Source: Patescibacteria group bacterium (GTDB lineage Bacteria > Patescibacteriota > Minisyncoccia > Phycocordibacterales > UBA1550). Taken from it: a stretch of 64,000 nucleotides of DNA. The translations under genes and the position numbers were made by a program. This document shows, one piece after another, positions 1 to 7,863 of the stretch. Under the pieces are notes generated by a model. The model was given only the letters and a program-made list of their open reading frames with translations, was not told where the DNA came from and ran no database searches. The DNA lies in the NCBI GenBank assembly GCA_038062675.1, contig JBBTWP010000005.1, positions 43,844 to 107,843 of the forward strand, given 5' to 3'. Each line of letters starts with the position of its first letter. Positions within the stretch are counted from its first letter, which is position 1.

Positions 1-647
1 TTTCTATAGCTCCGGGACCATTTTCCATTTTCCGCAAAGAAGTCTTCGTAAAACTAGGACTCTATGAACAAGCTCACAATACTGAGGATATGGAAATTGC
101 GCTCCGCATGCAGTCAAACCACCTGCGTATCAGAAATATCCATACCGCACATGTTTACACTTCAGGACCTCGGACTTTCTACAAACTTTACCGCCAACGA
201 TTACGTTGGGCATACGGTGGTATAAAAAACATAATCGATTATCGCTTTATGCTCTTTCGTCGCACCTATGGCATTTTGGGAATGATCACACTTCCTCTCT
301 CCTTGTTTGGGATGATTATCTTTCTCTATAATTTTAGTTTTGTTGTGTTTTATGCAACAAAAAATATTCTCAGCAAACTCCTCGAAATTGGAACTGTTGG
401 CTTTTCTTTCACTCTCCCCACTATTGATTCCTTTTTCTTTAACACAAACTTTATAATGATTCTCTCCTACATCCTCCTCGGTTTTGCACTCGTTATTATT
501 TGGAATGGTACAAAACTTGCCGAAGGACGGTTCCGTCCAACATTCGGCATCTTTTATTTCTTAGTACTCTATGGTATTGTGGCACCAATCTGGATTGTAC
601 GCGCGTGGTGGAATGTCGCCTTTTCTCGACGCACCACATGGCGCTAA
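1..647 (+). CDS. GT2-family processive glycosyltransferase, C-terminal part (5' end lies outside window)
   Basis: Frame is open from nt 3 and translation upstream of the track Met reads ...FRKEVFVKLGLYEQAHNTEDMEIALR, a GT2 'ED' region. The QRLRW motif (QxxRW, as in cellulose/chitin-synthase-like GT2) is followed by 4-5 hydrophobic TM helices. Confidence 0.75.
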   Translation, partial: SIAPGPFSIFRKEVFVKLGLYEQAHNTEDMEIALRMQSNHLRIRNIHTAHVYTSGPRTFYKLYRQRLRWAYGGIKNIIDYRFMLFRRTYGILGMITLPLSLFGMIIFLYNFSFVVFYATKNILSKLLEIGTVGFSFTLPTIDSFFFNTNFIMILSYILLGFALVIIWNGTKLAEGRFRPTFGIFYFLVLYGIVAPIWIVRAWWNVAFSRRTTWR

Positions 648-665
648 CCCTCACCACTACTCATT

Positions 666-1373
666 ATGCGCACCAAAATCGAAACAAAAAAATATATCAC
701 CGTCTTTATCATCACTCTAGCGATATTTCTTGGTGCATTTGCTATCAGTAAACGCTTTGAGGAGAGACGTCTTGGGGAAGTAAGAACTATTGAAAACAAA
801 ATTTCACTCGATATCATTGCTTCCGAAACTCAATTTGCGCTTCTCAAGGAACTTTCCTGCAAAGCAATTGATCACAGTACCGCCTTCTCTGAAGAGCTCA
901 ACAACCTCGCGCAAAAACTGACCATCATGGAAAACAATCTGGGCGACAAGAACACTGATGTTACCAATCTCAAAAAATACTATTCACTGCTTCAAGTTAA
1001 AGACTATTTGCTGGTAAAACAAATCAATGAACGATGTCGTGTAAAACCAATTACGGTCATTTATTTTTATTCGAATGCGGGAGATTGCAACGACTGCAAG
1101 AAAGAGGGATATGTCCTCGATAGTTTGCGCGAAGAATACCCCGAGCTTCGTATTTATTCTTTTGACTACAATCTTGACCTCTCTGTTGTAAAAACCATGA
1201 AATCGATATACGGAGTTAAAAACACCCTCCCTGCACTTATTATTTCTGAAGATCCACACTACGGATTTCAAAGAGTTGAAGACATGGAAAGGCTTATTCC
1301 CGAGCTCCAGAGATTGCGTGCGCAACACGAAAAGGAAGCGCTCAAAAAAACTGGCACGAGTACTGCAGAGTAA
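666..1373 (+). CDS. hypothetical membrane-anchored protein with CxxC motif (possibly thioredoxin-like fold)
   Basis: 235-aa ORF with an N-terminal hydrophobic helix (ITVFIITLAIFLGAFAI) and a GDCNDC CxxC pair. No recognisable catalytic family. Followed directly by a strong terminator. Confidence 0.55.
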   Translation: MRTKIETKKYITVFIITLAIFLGAFAISKRFEERRLGEVRTIENKISLDIIASETQFALLKELSCKAIDHSTAFSEELNNLAQKLTIMENNLGDKNTDVTNLKKYYSLLQVKDYLLVKQINERCRVKPITVIYFYSNAGDCNDCKKEGYVLDSLREEYPELRIYSFDYNLDLSVVKTMKSIYGVKNTLPALIISEDPHYGFQRVEDMERLIPELQRLRAQHEKEALKKTGTSTAE

Positions 1374-1421
1374 CCACAGAAAAAGACCGCAGGGCGTACG
1401 CCCCGCGGTCTTTTTCTGTGG
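1374..1421. terminator. bidirectional rho-independent terminator between convergent genes
   Basis: Near-perfect 48-nt palindrome ccacagaaaaagaccgcagggcgtacgccccgcggtctttttctgtgg. A GC-rich core stem is flanked by A-run and T-run, and it lies between the + gene ending at 1373 and the - gene ending at 1431. Confidence 0.8.
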
Positions 1422-1430
1422 TTACTGCGA

Positions 1431-1955
1431 TTACCCACGAACATCAATGAGTTCCATAAACTCAAGAATTTCTCCTGTATAAGTAGGAACTACTGAAGTA
1501 TTATAGTGCCAAAGTTTTTCTTCTGTCGTCTTGCCTTTATAATAACGCTCTGTTTTGGGGTTACCCCCTCCAAGGTTACGTGCAACAGTCTCGATAGCTG
1601 TTTCCCATGCGTCAAACTTAATCTTACATGAACCCCATCCGAAAGGATTTTTTCCACATGCGAATTTACCACCCGTGGATTCTTTGATCGCAATAGCTGG
1701 CAAAAGACGCCAATCGATATTGTGTTCTTCTGCTGCGAGCACCATGGTCATACCATAGCCCACAAGAGGCATGTTGCGCTTCTCAAAGTACGTATCGATT
1801 TTATCGGCACGATCCTTAAGGACAAGTGTCTGGGCCTCTTTTGCATCTTTCTGGATAACTACTTGAGTGCTATTGGTCATCGCAAACGGAGACGAGGTGG
1901 TCAAAAAAGGAATGAACAACAAGCCTCGCACGAATTGTATTGTTTGTTTTTTCAT
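1431..1955 (-). CDS. secreted glucosaminidase/lysozyme-like (mannosyl-glycoprotein endo-beta-N-acetylglucosaminidase-type) domain protein
   Basis: N-terminal signal-like segment (LLFIPFLTTSSPFAMT). The central AIAIKESTGGKFACGKNPFGWGS resembles the LESGWG...NNLFGIK core of the FlgJ-type glucosaminidase domain. Confidence 0.55.
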   Translation of the reverse strand: MKKQTIQFVRGLLFIPFLTTSSPFAMTNSTQVVIQKDAKEAQTLVLKDRADKIDTYFEKRNMPLVGYGMTMVLAAEEHNIDWRLLPAIAIKESTGGKFACGKNPFGWGSCKIKFDAWETAIETVARNLGGGNPKTERYYKGKTTEEKLWHYNTSVVPTYTGEILEFMELIDVRG

Positions 1956-2007
1956 AAGGTAGCGATATGTGCTTCGCTAAACGCGTTGTCGTCTTTTCAC
2001 TACTTCA

Positions 2008-2036
2008 ACAAAAAAGCACCTAACTAAAGGTGCACG
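2008..2036 (-). terminator. candidate hairpin terminator (minus-strand orientation)
   Basis: gcacctaactaaaggtgc is an 18-nt hairpin. On the minus strand it is followed by TTTTTTGTTG. It sits between the sigma gene and the glucosaminidase-like gene and could also be an attenuator. Confidence 0.4.
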
Positions 2037-2251
2037 TGATTACTTCTTTAATAACTCTTATATACTAGCATGTCAAGGCAAAAAAGTCAAGGGTTTTGAG
2101 CTCATTGCTCATTGGTGTTTTGTATAAAATGAACGAAAACTCTATATTTTGCAAGGGTTTTTTAGAATAGCACTTTACAGTTTAAATTTCGTGTTTTTTA
2201 ATAAAAAAGACCTCCCCTTCAAAAGAAACTGCGGGTAAGCAATTCAAGGAA

Positions 2252-2287
2252 GATAGAAAATAAAAGCCATCTTGCGAGATGGCTTTT
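2252..2287 (-). terminator. rho-independent terminator downstream of sigma-factor gene
   Basis: Palindrome aaagccatcttgcgagatggcttt. On the minus strand it is followed by a T-rich run (TTTTATTTTCT). Confidence 0.75.
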
Positions 2288-2297
2288 TAAAGAAAAT

Positions 2298-3194
2298 CTA
2301 ATAAAACATTGCCCTTTCCAACGCTTCTTCAGTCTGAATCGAGTAATTTGCAATCAAATAAGCCCGAAGTTCCATTAAAACCTGTTGCTGTATCTGAGAA
2401 ACACGAGATTCACTTATTCCCAATTTCTCACCTAACTCCTTACAAGTGAATCTTTCCTCATCGCAAGACAGAGTACGACGCAGAAGAACTTCTTTTTCCC
2501 GTTCCGTTAACAAACTCAGCGCGCCAAGCAAAATCGGCAAAAACCTCTTTGCATCCTCATCTCGTTCCCAAGTAGCCATCCCTCCATCCCAAGAAACAGA
2601 ATGTTGAAGAGAGAACTGCCGGTCTTCCGTTTCGCAAATACAAGAGAGGCTGAAAGTCATGCGAAATTCTTGAACCAATCGCGCACCTTCAAACTTCTCT
2701 TGAACATGTACAGGGAGAGCATTTTTCCATTCCGCAAGTGTCGGACTTCGCAACAATGTCTGCTGAGCAAGCTGTACATAAATACGCTCAGCGGTACGCA
2801 CAGCTTTTGTGATCGCCTTTGGAAAAGGAGAGTCCTTTCTTAAGGCATCGATAATCGCCCCTTTGATGCGTAGTCCTGCGTAGGTGTCAAAGCTTGCGCC
2901 CCGAGACACATCGTAGTTATTTACCGCACTCAAGAGACCAATATTACCCTCCTGAACAAGGTCATTAAGAGGAAAGAAGCTCCCTGCCCCATGTCTTGCA
3001 ACACGATAAGCAACGGAATGAACAAGATCTGCAGAACGAACGACAATCTCATGCATTGCTTTCTCTTCCCCTTTTCGGGCTCGAACAATAAGCCTAAGCG
3101 CCTCTTCTTGTGGAAGCTTTTTGATTACCCGCTTCTCTATGTGTGAAGGAACTTGAGAAGACCTAACGTGCACAGTCTCATTTGCTGTTTCCAT
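2298..3194 (-). CDS. RNA polymerase sigma factor, sigma-70 family (group 3/4-like)
   Basis: Region 2 signature is DLVQEGNIGLLSAVNNYDVSRGASFDTYAGLRIKGAIIDALR. Region 4 helix-turn-helix is TEREKEVLLRR...ELGEKLGISESRVSQIQQQVLMELR. Confidence 0.85.
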   Translation of the reverse strand: METANETVHVRSSQVPSHIEKRVIKKLPQEEALRLIVRARKGEEKAMHEIVVRSADLVHSVAYRVARHGAGSFFPLNDLVQEGNIGLLSAVNNYDVSRGASFDTYAGLRIKGAIIDALRKDSPFPKAITKAVRTAERIYVQLAQQTLLRSPTLAEWKNALPVHVQEKFEGARLVQEFRMTFSLSCICETEDRQFSLQHSVSWDGGMATWERDEDAKRFLPILLGALSLLTEREKEVLLRRTLSCDEERFTCKELGEKLGISESRVSQIQQQVLMELRAYLIANYSIQTEEALERAMFY

Positions 3195-3288
3195 AACACC
3201 TCCTCATGATGGTTCGACTAATTAACAAAGTACCACAAAACTTCAAAAAAACAAACCTTCTCGGGCGTCTTTCTATGACGCACAATAC

Positions 3289-5760
3289 TTATTGTCCATG
3301 GCACTTCTTGTATTTTTTGCCACTACCGCAAGCACAGAGTTCGTTGCGTCCAACTTTGTCGGATTGTGCAGGCGCAGGTTTTGACGCAGACTCATCCGCA
3401 TCCTCGGCTCCGCCAATTTCAATAGCATTCTTCACTATCTCTCGTGCTTTTTCTTCTTCCTTCGCAAACGCGCCCGCGCCGACCCCCGGCAAAATACGTA
3501 AAATTTCACTCTGAACCGTCTCTTTCATTTCACGAAACAATCGCATTCCGTCTTTTTTGTATTCAATGAGAGGATCTCGCTGACCATACGCGCGGAGATT
3601 CACCGAGGACTTCAAGTATTCCATTGCTTCAAGGTGCTCCATCCACACCATATCGGTGACCTGCAAAATAAGGCGTTTGACGGTAGCATAAAATTCCGGC
3701 TCACCAAGAGCTGCCACCTTCTGAGCAACAAGCTCAGTGAGCGCAGTATCTCCTGCGATGATTTCCACGAGATACGCTTTTACCGCATCCTGTCCACCCA
3801 TGAGCACTTCGCGACGTTTGCCGTACACAAAAGCACGCTGTTTGGTCATGACGTCATCATAGGAAAGCACATGCTTGCGAGAATCAAAGTGAAAGCCTTC
3901 AATCTTCTCTTGCGCCGTTTCAAGCGAACGCGAAATGAGTTTGTTTTGTATCGCCTCATCTTCAGCTATGCCAAGTCTTCCCATCATGTTCTTTACCACA
4001 TCAGAAGCAAAGACGCGCATCAGGCTATCTTCCATGGAAACAAAAAACTGTGTCTCCCCCGGATCCCCTTGTCGTCCTGCGCGACCACGGAGCTGATTGT
4101 CGATGCGCCGCGCTTCATGACGTTCTGTTCCAAGCACAAACAAACCACCGAGCACCTTCACTTCGTCATACAACTCGGGAGTACTTGGATTTCCGCCAAG
4201 TTTAATATCCACACCGCGACCTGCCATATTGGTGGCAATCACCACGCTTCCCTTGCGCCCCGCCTGAGCGACAATTTCTCCTTCGCGTTCATGATTCTTT
4301 GCATTCAACAACTCATGAGGCACTCCTTCACGCTTGAGATATTCTGAAAGGAGTTCGTTTTTCTCAATAGAAACCGTACCAATAAGTACCGGCTGACCTT
4401 TTGCATTCAACTCTTTCACTTTTCGCGCAATTGCCTTAAATTTCCCTTGTTCTGTCTGGAAAATAAGATCCTGACGATCAATACGCGCCACACCACGATT
4501 GGTAGGAATTGATGAAACTTCCAATCCGTACACTTTGAAAAATTCTTCGCTTGAAGTTGCCGCCGTCCCCGTCATGCCGGCAAGTTTTGCATACAATCGG
4601 AAATAATTTTGAAATGTAATCGACGCAAATGTGCGTGACTCTTGCTGAATCTTGACTCCTTCTTGTGCTTCGACTGCTTGATGAAGCCCCTCGGACCAAC
4701 GGCGCCCCGGCTGAAGACGCCCCGTAAACTCATCGACAATAATGACCTCGCCATTTTGCACCACATACTCTTTGTCGTGATGAAACAATGCGCGTGCACG
4801 CACCGCAGTTTCTAAATGGTGCACATATTTCACTCCTCGCTCTGTATAGATGTTTTCAACACCCAAAAGCTCCTCTGCTTTAGTGATACCAGCATCAGTA
4901 ATCTGAATAGCTCGCAATTTTTCATCGATTGTGTAATGCTCCCCTTCTTTGAGTTTGTTTGCGATACCAGCAAACGTCTGATAGAGATTCTCTGCGTCGC
5001 CAGAGGGAGCCGAGATAATAAGCGGGGTACGCGCTTCATCAATCAAGATTGAGTCAATTTCATCCACAATAGCGTAGTGATATTCGCGTTGAGTAAGATC
5101 TTCGGGGCGATACGCAATATTGTTGCGCAAATAATCAAAACCAAATTCATTATTCGTACCATAGGTAATATCCGCCGCATACGCATCGCGCTTTGAGCAT
5201 GGTCGCATGAATTCGTGAATAACCTTAAACGAAGCAACTTCATCGCGTGTTTCATCCAAATTTTGATGATTAGGATCGTAGAGATATGAGGAATCATGAT
5301 TAAGTACGCCGACAGACAACCCAAGGAACGAATAAATCTGACCCATCCACACTGCATCACGACGCGAGAGATAATCATTCACCGTTACCACATGAACTCC
5401 TTTGCCCTCCAGCGCATTCAAGTATGCGGGGAGTGTTGCGACGAGTGTTTTTCCTTCTCCTGTCATCATCTCGGCAATCCTTCCCTCATGGAGCGCCATA
5501 CCTCCCATGAGTTGAACATCATAATGACGCTGGCCAAGCGTACGGCGGGCTGCTTCACGCACCGCTGCAAACGCCTCAGGAATGAGGTCGTTCAACAGTG
5601 CACCTCCCGCGAGGCGCGTACGAAATTCAGCAGTTTTTTGAGGAAATGCCTCATCGGAAAGAGCTTGGAATTGAGGCTCTAGGGCATTAACGCTCTTGAT
5701 AATGGGGGCGTAGAGTTTGGCAGCTCCTCCTCCCCCGATAAGATTCTTTAAAAATGACAT
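3289..5760 (-). CDS. secA: preprotein translocase ATPase SecA
   Basis: 823 aa. Contains the DEAD-like motor (MMTGEGKTLVATLPAYLNAL; HVVTVNDYLSRRDAVWMG) and the C-terminal zinc finger CACGSGKKYKKCHG. Confidence 0.97.
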   Translation of the reverse strand: MSFLKNLIGGGGAAKLYAPIIKSVNALEPQFQALSDEAFPQKTAEFRTRLAGGALLNDLIPEAFAAVREAARRTLGQRHYDVQLMGGMALHEGRIAEMMTGEGKTLVATLPAYLNALEGKGVHVVTVNDYLSRRDAVWMGQIYSFLGLSVGVLNHDSSYLYDPNHQNLDETRDEVASFKVIHEFMRPCSKRDAYAADITYGTNNEFGFDYLRNNIAYRPEDLTQREYHYAIVDEIDSILIDEARTPLIISAPSGDAENLYQTFAGIANKLKEGEHYTIDEKLRAIQITDAGITKAEELLGVENIYTERGVKYVHHLETAVRARALFHHDKEYVVQNGEVIIVDEFTGRLQPGRRWSEGLHQAVEAQEGVKIQQESRTFASITFQNYFRLYAKLAGMTGTAATSSEEFFKVYGLEVSSIPTNRGVARIDRQDLIFQTEQGKFKAIARKVKELNAKGQPVLIGTVSIEKNELLSEYLKREGVPHELLNAKNHEREGEIVAQAGRKGSVVIATNMAGRGVDIKLGGNPSTPELYDEVKVLGGLFVLGTERHEARRIDNQLRGRAGRQGDPGETQFFVSMEDSLMRVFASDVVKNMMGRLGIAEDEAIQNKLISRSLETAQEKIEGFHFDSRKHVLSYDDVMTKQRAFVYGKRREVLMGGQDAVKAYLVEIIAGDTALTELVAQKVAALGEPEFYATVKRLILQVTDMVWMEHLEAMEYLKSSVNLRAYGQRDPLIEYKKDGMRLFREMKETVQSEILRILPGVGAGAFAKEEEKAREIVKNAIEIGGAEDADESASKPAPAQSDKVGRNELCACGSGKKYKKCHGQ

Positions 5761-5823
5761 AGGGGTAGTTTAGCACAATCAAGCGCCACTTTAAAAGGGG
5801 TTATCTTTCTGAGGACAAAATAA

Positions 5824-5860
5824 CAAAAACGCTTTACCTTGAGGCAAAGCGTTTTTGTTT
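5824..5860 (-). terminator. hairpin terminator between Lys-rich sORF and secA
   Basis: aaacgctttaccttgaggcaaagcgttt stem-loop with one mismatch, flanked by A-run and T-run (gtttttgttt). Confidence 0.55.
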
Positions 5861-5870
5861 AGAGCGAAAT

Positions 5871-5960
5871 TTACTTTCGTCTTTTTGCAGTTTTTTTCTT
5901 TGCAACTTTCTTTGTAGTCTTTTTCTTTGCTACTTTCTTCGCTTTCTTTTTTGCTGCCAT
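5871..5960 (-). CDS. unannotated 29-aa lysine/alanine-rich small protein (MAAKKKAKKVAKKKTTKKVAKKKTAKRRK)
   Basis: Reverse complement of the aaga/cttt-rich stretch gives ATG...TAA with 29 codons. It is below the ORF-track length cutoff and is followed by the 5824-5860 hairpin. Composition resembles histone-H1/HU-tail-like basic peptides. Confidence 0.4.
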   Translation of the reverse strand: MAAKKKAKKVAKKKTTKKVAKKKTAKRRK

Positions 5961-6287
5961 ATTTTTATTGTGCTCGTATTTGCATTACTGCAAATACTTC
6001 GCGTATGCAAATTATTATCTACAATAACATTCGACCCAATCATCTGTGAAAAAAATTCTCAAATGATTGTGTGTAATTACCGGATCATTTACTATCATGG
6101 TGCTCGCATGAGACCGCTCTCATGCTCTGTACTCTGATCTATACTTATTATCGTACATCTGCAAACAAACGCAATACAAATTTACAAAAAACTGTGGATA
6201 ACTTTTTTTTAAAAAAAATATTTTTATAAAATGGTGATGATAAAAAATTAAAAATTAAAAATTAAATTCAAAAACAAATTTATTTTT

Positions 6288-7307
6288 TTATAAAATCACC
6301 ACTTCTTCCTCGAGAACAATCCCCGTTTTTTGAAAAAGACTGCCTCTCATTTTTTGCGCAAGATTTAAAATTTCTTGCGCCGACGCTCCACCATAATTCA
6401 CTAAAACAAGTGATTGTTTTTTGTACACTCCCACATTTCCACGCCGCACCCCACGCCAACCACACACTTTATCCAAAAGCCATGCAGCAGAAAGCTTTAT
6501 TGTTCCATCCCTTTGTACATAAGCCTTTATTTCAGGGTATGTTTTTTTAAGGCTCTCAAACACATCCACAGAAACAACGGGATTTTTAAAAAATGAGCCA
6601 GCCGTCCCGAGTGGGGGTGCCGGCATTTTTGCAGTGCGAATAGCAATAATTGCACAGCGGATATCTTCAAGTGACGGTGCATTATTATTTTGTGTTAAAA
6701 AATACTTCTTCACATCTTCGTAATCAGTTTGTGCTTTTTCTTCACGACCAAGTTCAAGCGCCGCACGTACGACAATTAAATTTCGATTTGTTTTAAAAAT
6801 ACTTGTACGATACCCAAACATACATTCACTGCGCAAAAAAATCTTTGTCTTCATTGTTTGCATGTCATATGCTTCGACCCAAAGGACACTGTCGCACACC
6901 TCAACACCATACGCGCCGATATTTTGTACTATGGCACCACCGAGAGTTCCTGGAACGAGCGAAAGATTTTCAATACCCCACAACCTCTCTAAAACTGCAG
7001 ACAGGACGACGTAGTCCCATCTTTCTCCCGCACCAACAATCATGCGTACGCGATTTCCCTCATCCAACTCAAAAGAAATACCCTTGCACTCTACCTTCAT
7101 AACAAGGCCTGAAAATCCCGTATCAGGAATCAGTACATTCGATCCACCACCAAGTACGAGTAGTGGAATGTTTTTTGCACGCGCGAACGAAACCACTTCA
7201 GATATTTGTGAGGCGCCAGTAATTCGCACAAAAAAACGCGCCGCACCTCCCACAAGCATCGTGGTCAAAGGGGCGAGCGCTACTCCTTCTTCGATTTGAA
7301 TATTCAT
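6288..7307 (-). CDS. murB: UDP-N-acetylenolpyruvoylglucosamine reductase MurB
   Basis: FAD-binding N-terminal domain (LAPLTTMLVGGAARFF, LVLGGGSNVL). The C-terminal MurB domain runs to ...GSLFQKTGIVLEEEVVIL. Confidence 0.9.
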   Translation of the reverse strand: MNIQIEEGVALAPLTTMLVGGAARFFVRITGASQISEVVSFARAKNIPLLVLGGGSNVLIPDTGFSGLVMKVECKGISFELDEGNRVRMIVGAGERWDYVVLSAVLERLWGIENLSLVPGTLGGAIVQNIGAYGVEVCDSVLWVEAYDMQTMKTKIFLRSECMFGYRTSIFKTNRNLIVVRAALELGREEKAQTDYEDVKKYFLTQNNNAPSLEDIRCAIIAIRTAKMPAPPLGTAGSFFKNPVVSVDVFESLKKTYPEIKAYVQRDGTIKLSAAWLLDKVCGWRGVRRGNVGVYKKQSLVLVNYGGASAQEILNLAQKMRGSLFQKTGIVLEEEVVIL

Positions 7308-7379
7308 ATAGTGAAAGATGAAAAATCTTTGTTGGAACCTCTATCCCCCCCCAAAAAAAATGTGGCAGAGGCAAATACT

Positions 7380-7526
7380 TACTTTGAGTTACGGAACTCG
7401 TCGACGACACTTGCTTTTAAGGGGGTTTCGAGCGTGACGACGCGAGAATTTCAGGATTTTTTAAGCTTTAAAAAATCCGTACCCTTAAAAGCAAGTGTCG
7501 AGTAAAGAGTTCCGTAAATCAAAGAT
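7380..7526. repeat. about 147-nt long imperfect inverted repeat (large hairpin or MITE-like) with a nested perfect 25-nt palindrome
   Basis: Arms are gttacggaactcgtcgacgacacttgcttttaaggg and cccttaaaagcaagtgtcgagtaaagagttccgtaa, with 19 nt perfect plus 11 nt perfect and a bulge. The loop contains ggattttttaagctttaaaaaatcc, a perfect palindrome on AAGCTT. Confidence 0.6.
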
Positions 7527-7542
7527 ACTTAATAATTCCCGT

Positions 7543-7607
7543 ACTCTTTTGGCCAGCGTGGGCGAACCCCAACAAATGTCTAATATGTGAGTGCAGACGC
7601 TGGCCAA
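7543..7607. repeat. 14-bp perfect inverted repeat hairpin (cttttggccagcgt / acgctggccaaaag) with about 37-nt loop
   Basis: Seen directly in sequence. Part of the hairpin-dense noncoding gap 7308-7863. Confidence 0.55.
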
Positions 7608-7799
7608 AAGAAAACAGGAGCTTCTTTTCTATTGTAGGTGATTTATGTCTTGGACGCAAACAGACGCGCAAAACCCCGCTTTCGCGGGGCCTTACGCAGA
7701 CATTCGTTTGTTGAATATGCCCTAAAGTTTCCTTCGGAACACTCACATAAAAAAAGTATATCAGATTTAACTTAAAAGTCAAGCTTTTCGATTCTGCGG

Positions 7800-7839
7800 A
7801 ATCGTGTCGCGTAAGTCCTTTAGACGCGACACGATTCCA
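7800..7839. repeat. 14-bp perfect inverted repeat hairpin (gaatcgtgtcgcgt / acgcgacacgattc)
   Basis: Immediately 3' of the stop of the 7864-10047 minus-strand gene. No flanking T-run, so this is not a classical intrinsic terminator. Confidence 0.5.
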
Positions 7840-7863
7840 CCCACGAGATGACTTGATGGGTTT

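Noticed and set aside
3634-4347. 237-aa + strand ORF
   Set aside because: Lies entirely antisense inside secA, a high-confidence conserved gene. It has no motif and is typical of antisense ORFs in moderately GC-rich coding sequence.
7308-7863. Searched for tmRNA, RNase P RNA, SRP RNA or 6S RNA in the hairpin-rich gap
   Set aside because: No GGTTCGA-type T-loop with tag ORF (tmRNA), no AGGAAAGTCCGG (RNase P P4) and no GGAAGCAGCCAAGG SRP domain-IV motif on either strand. The class remains unassigned.
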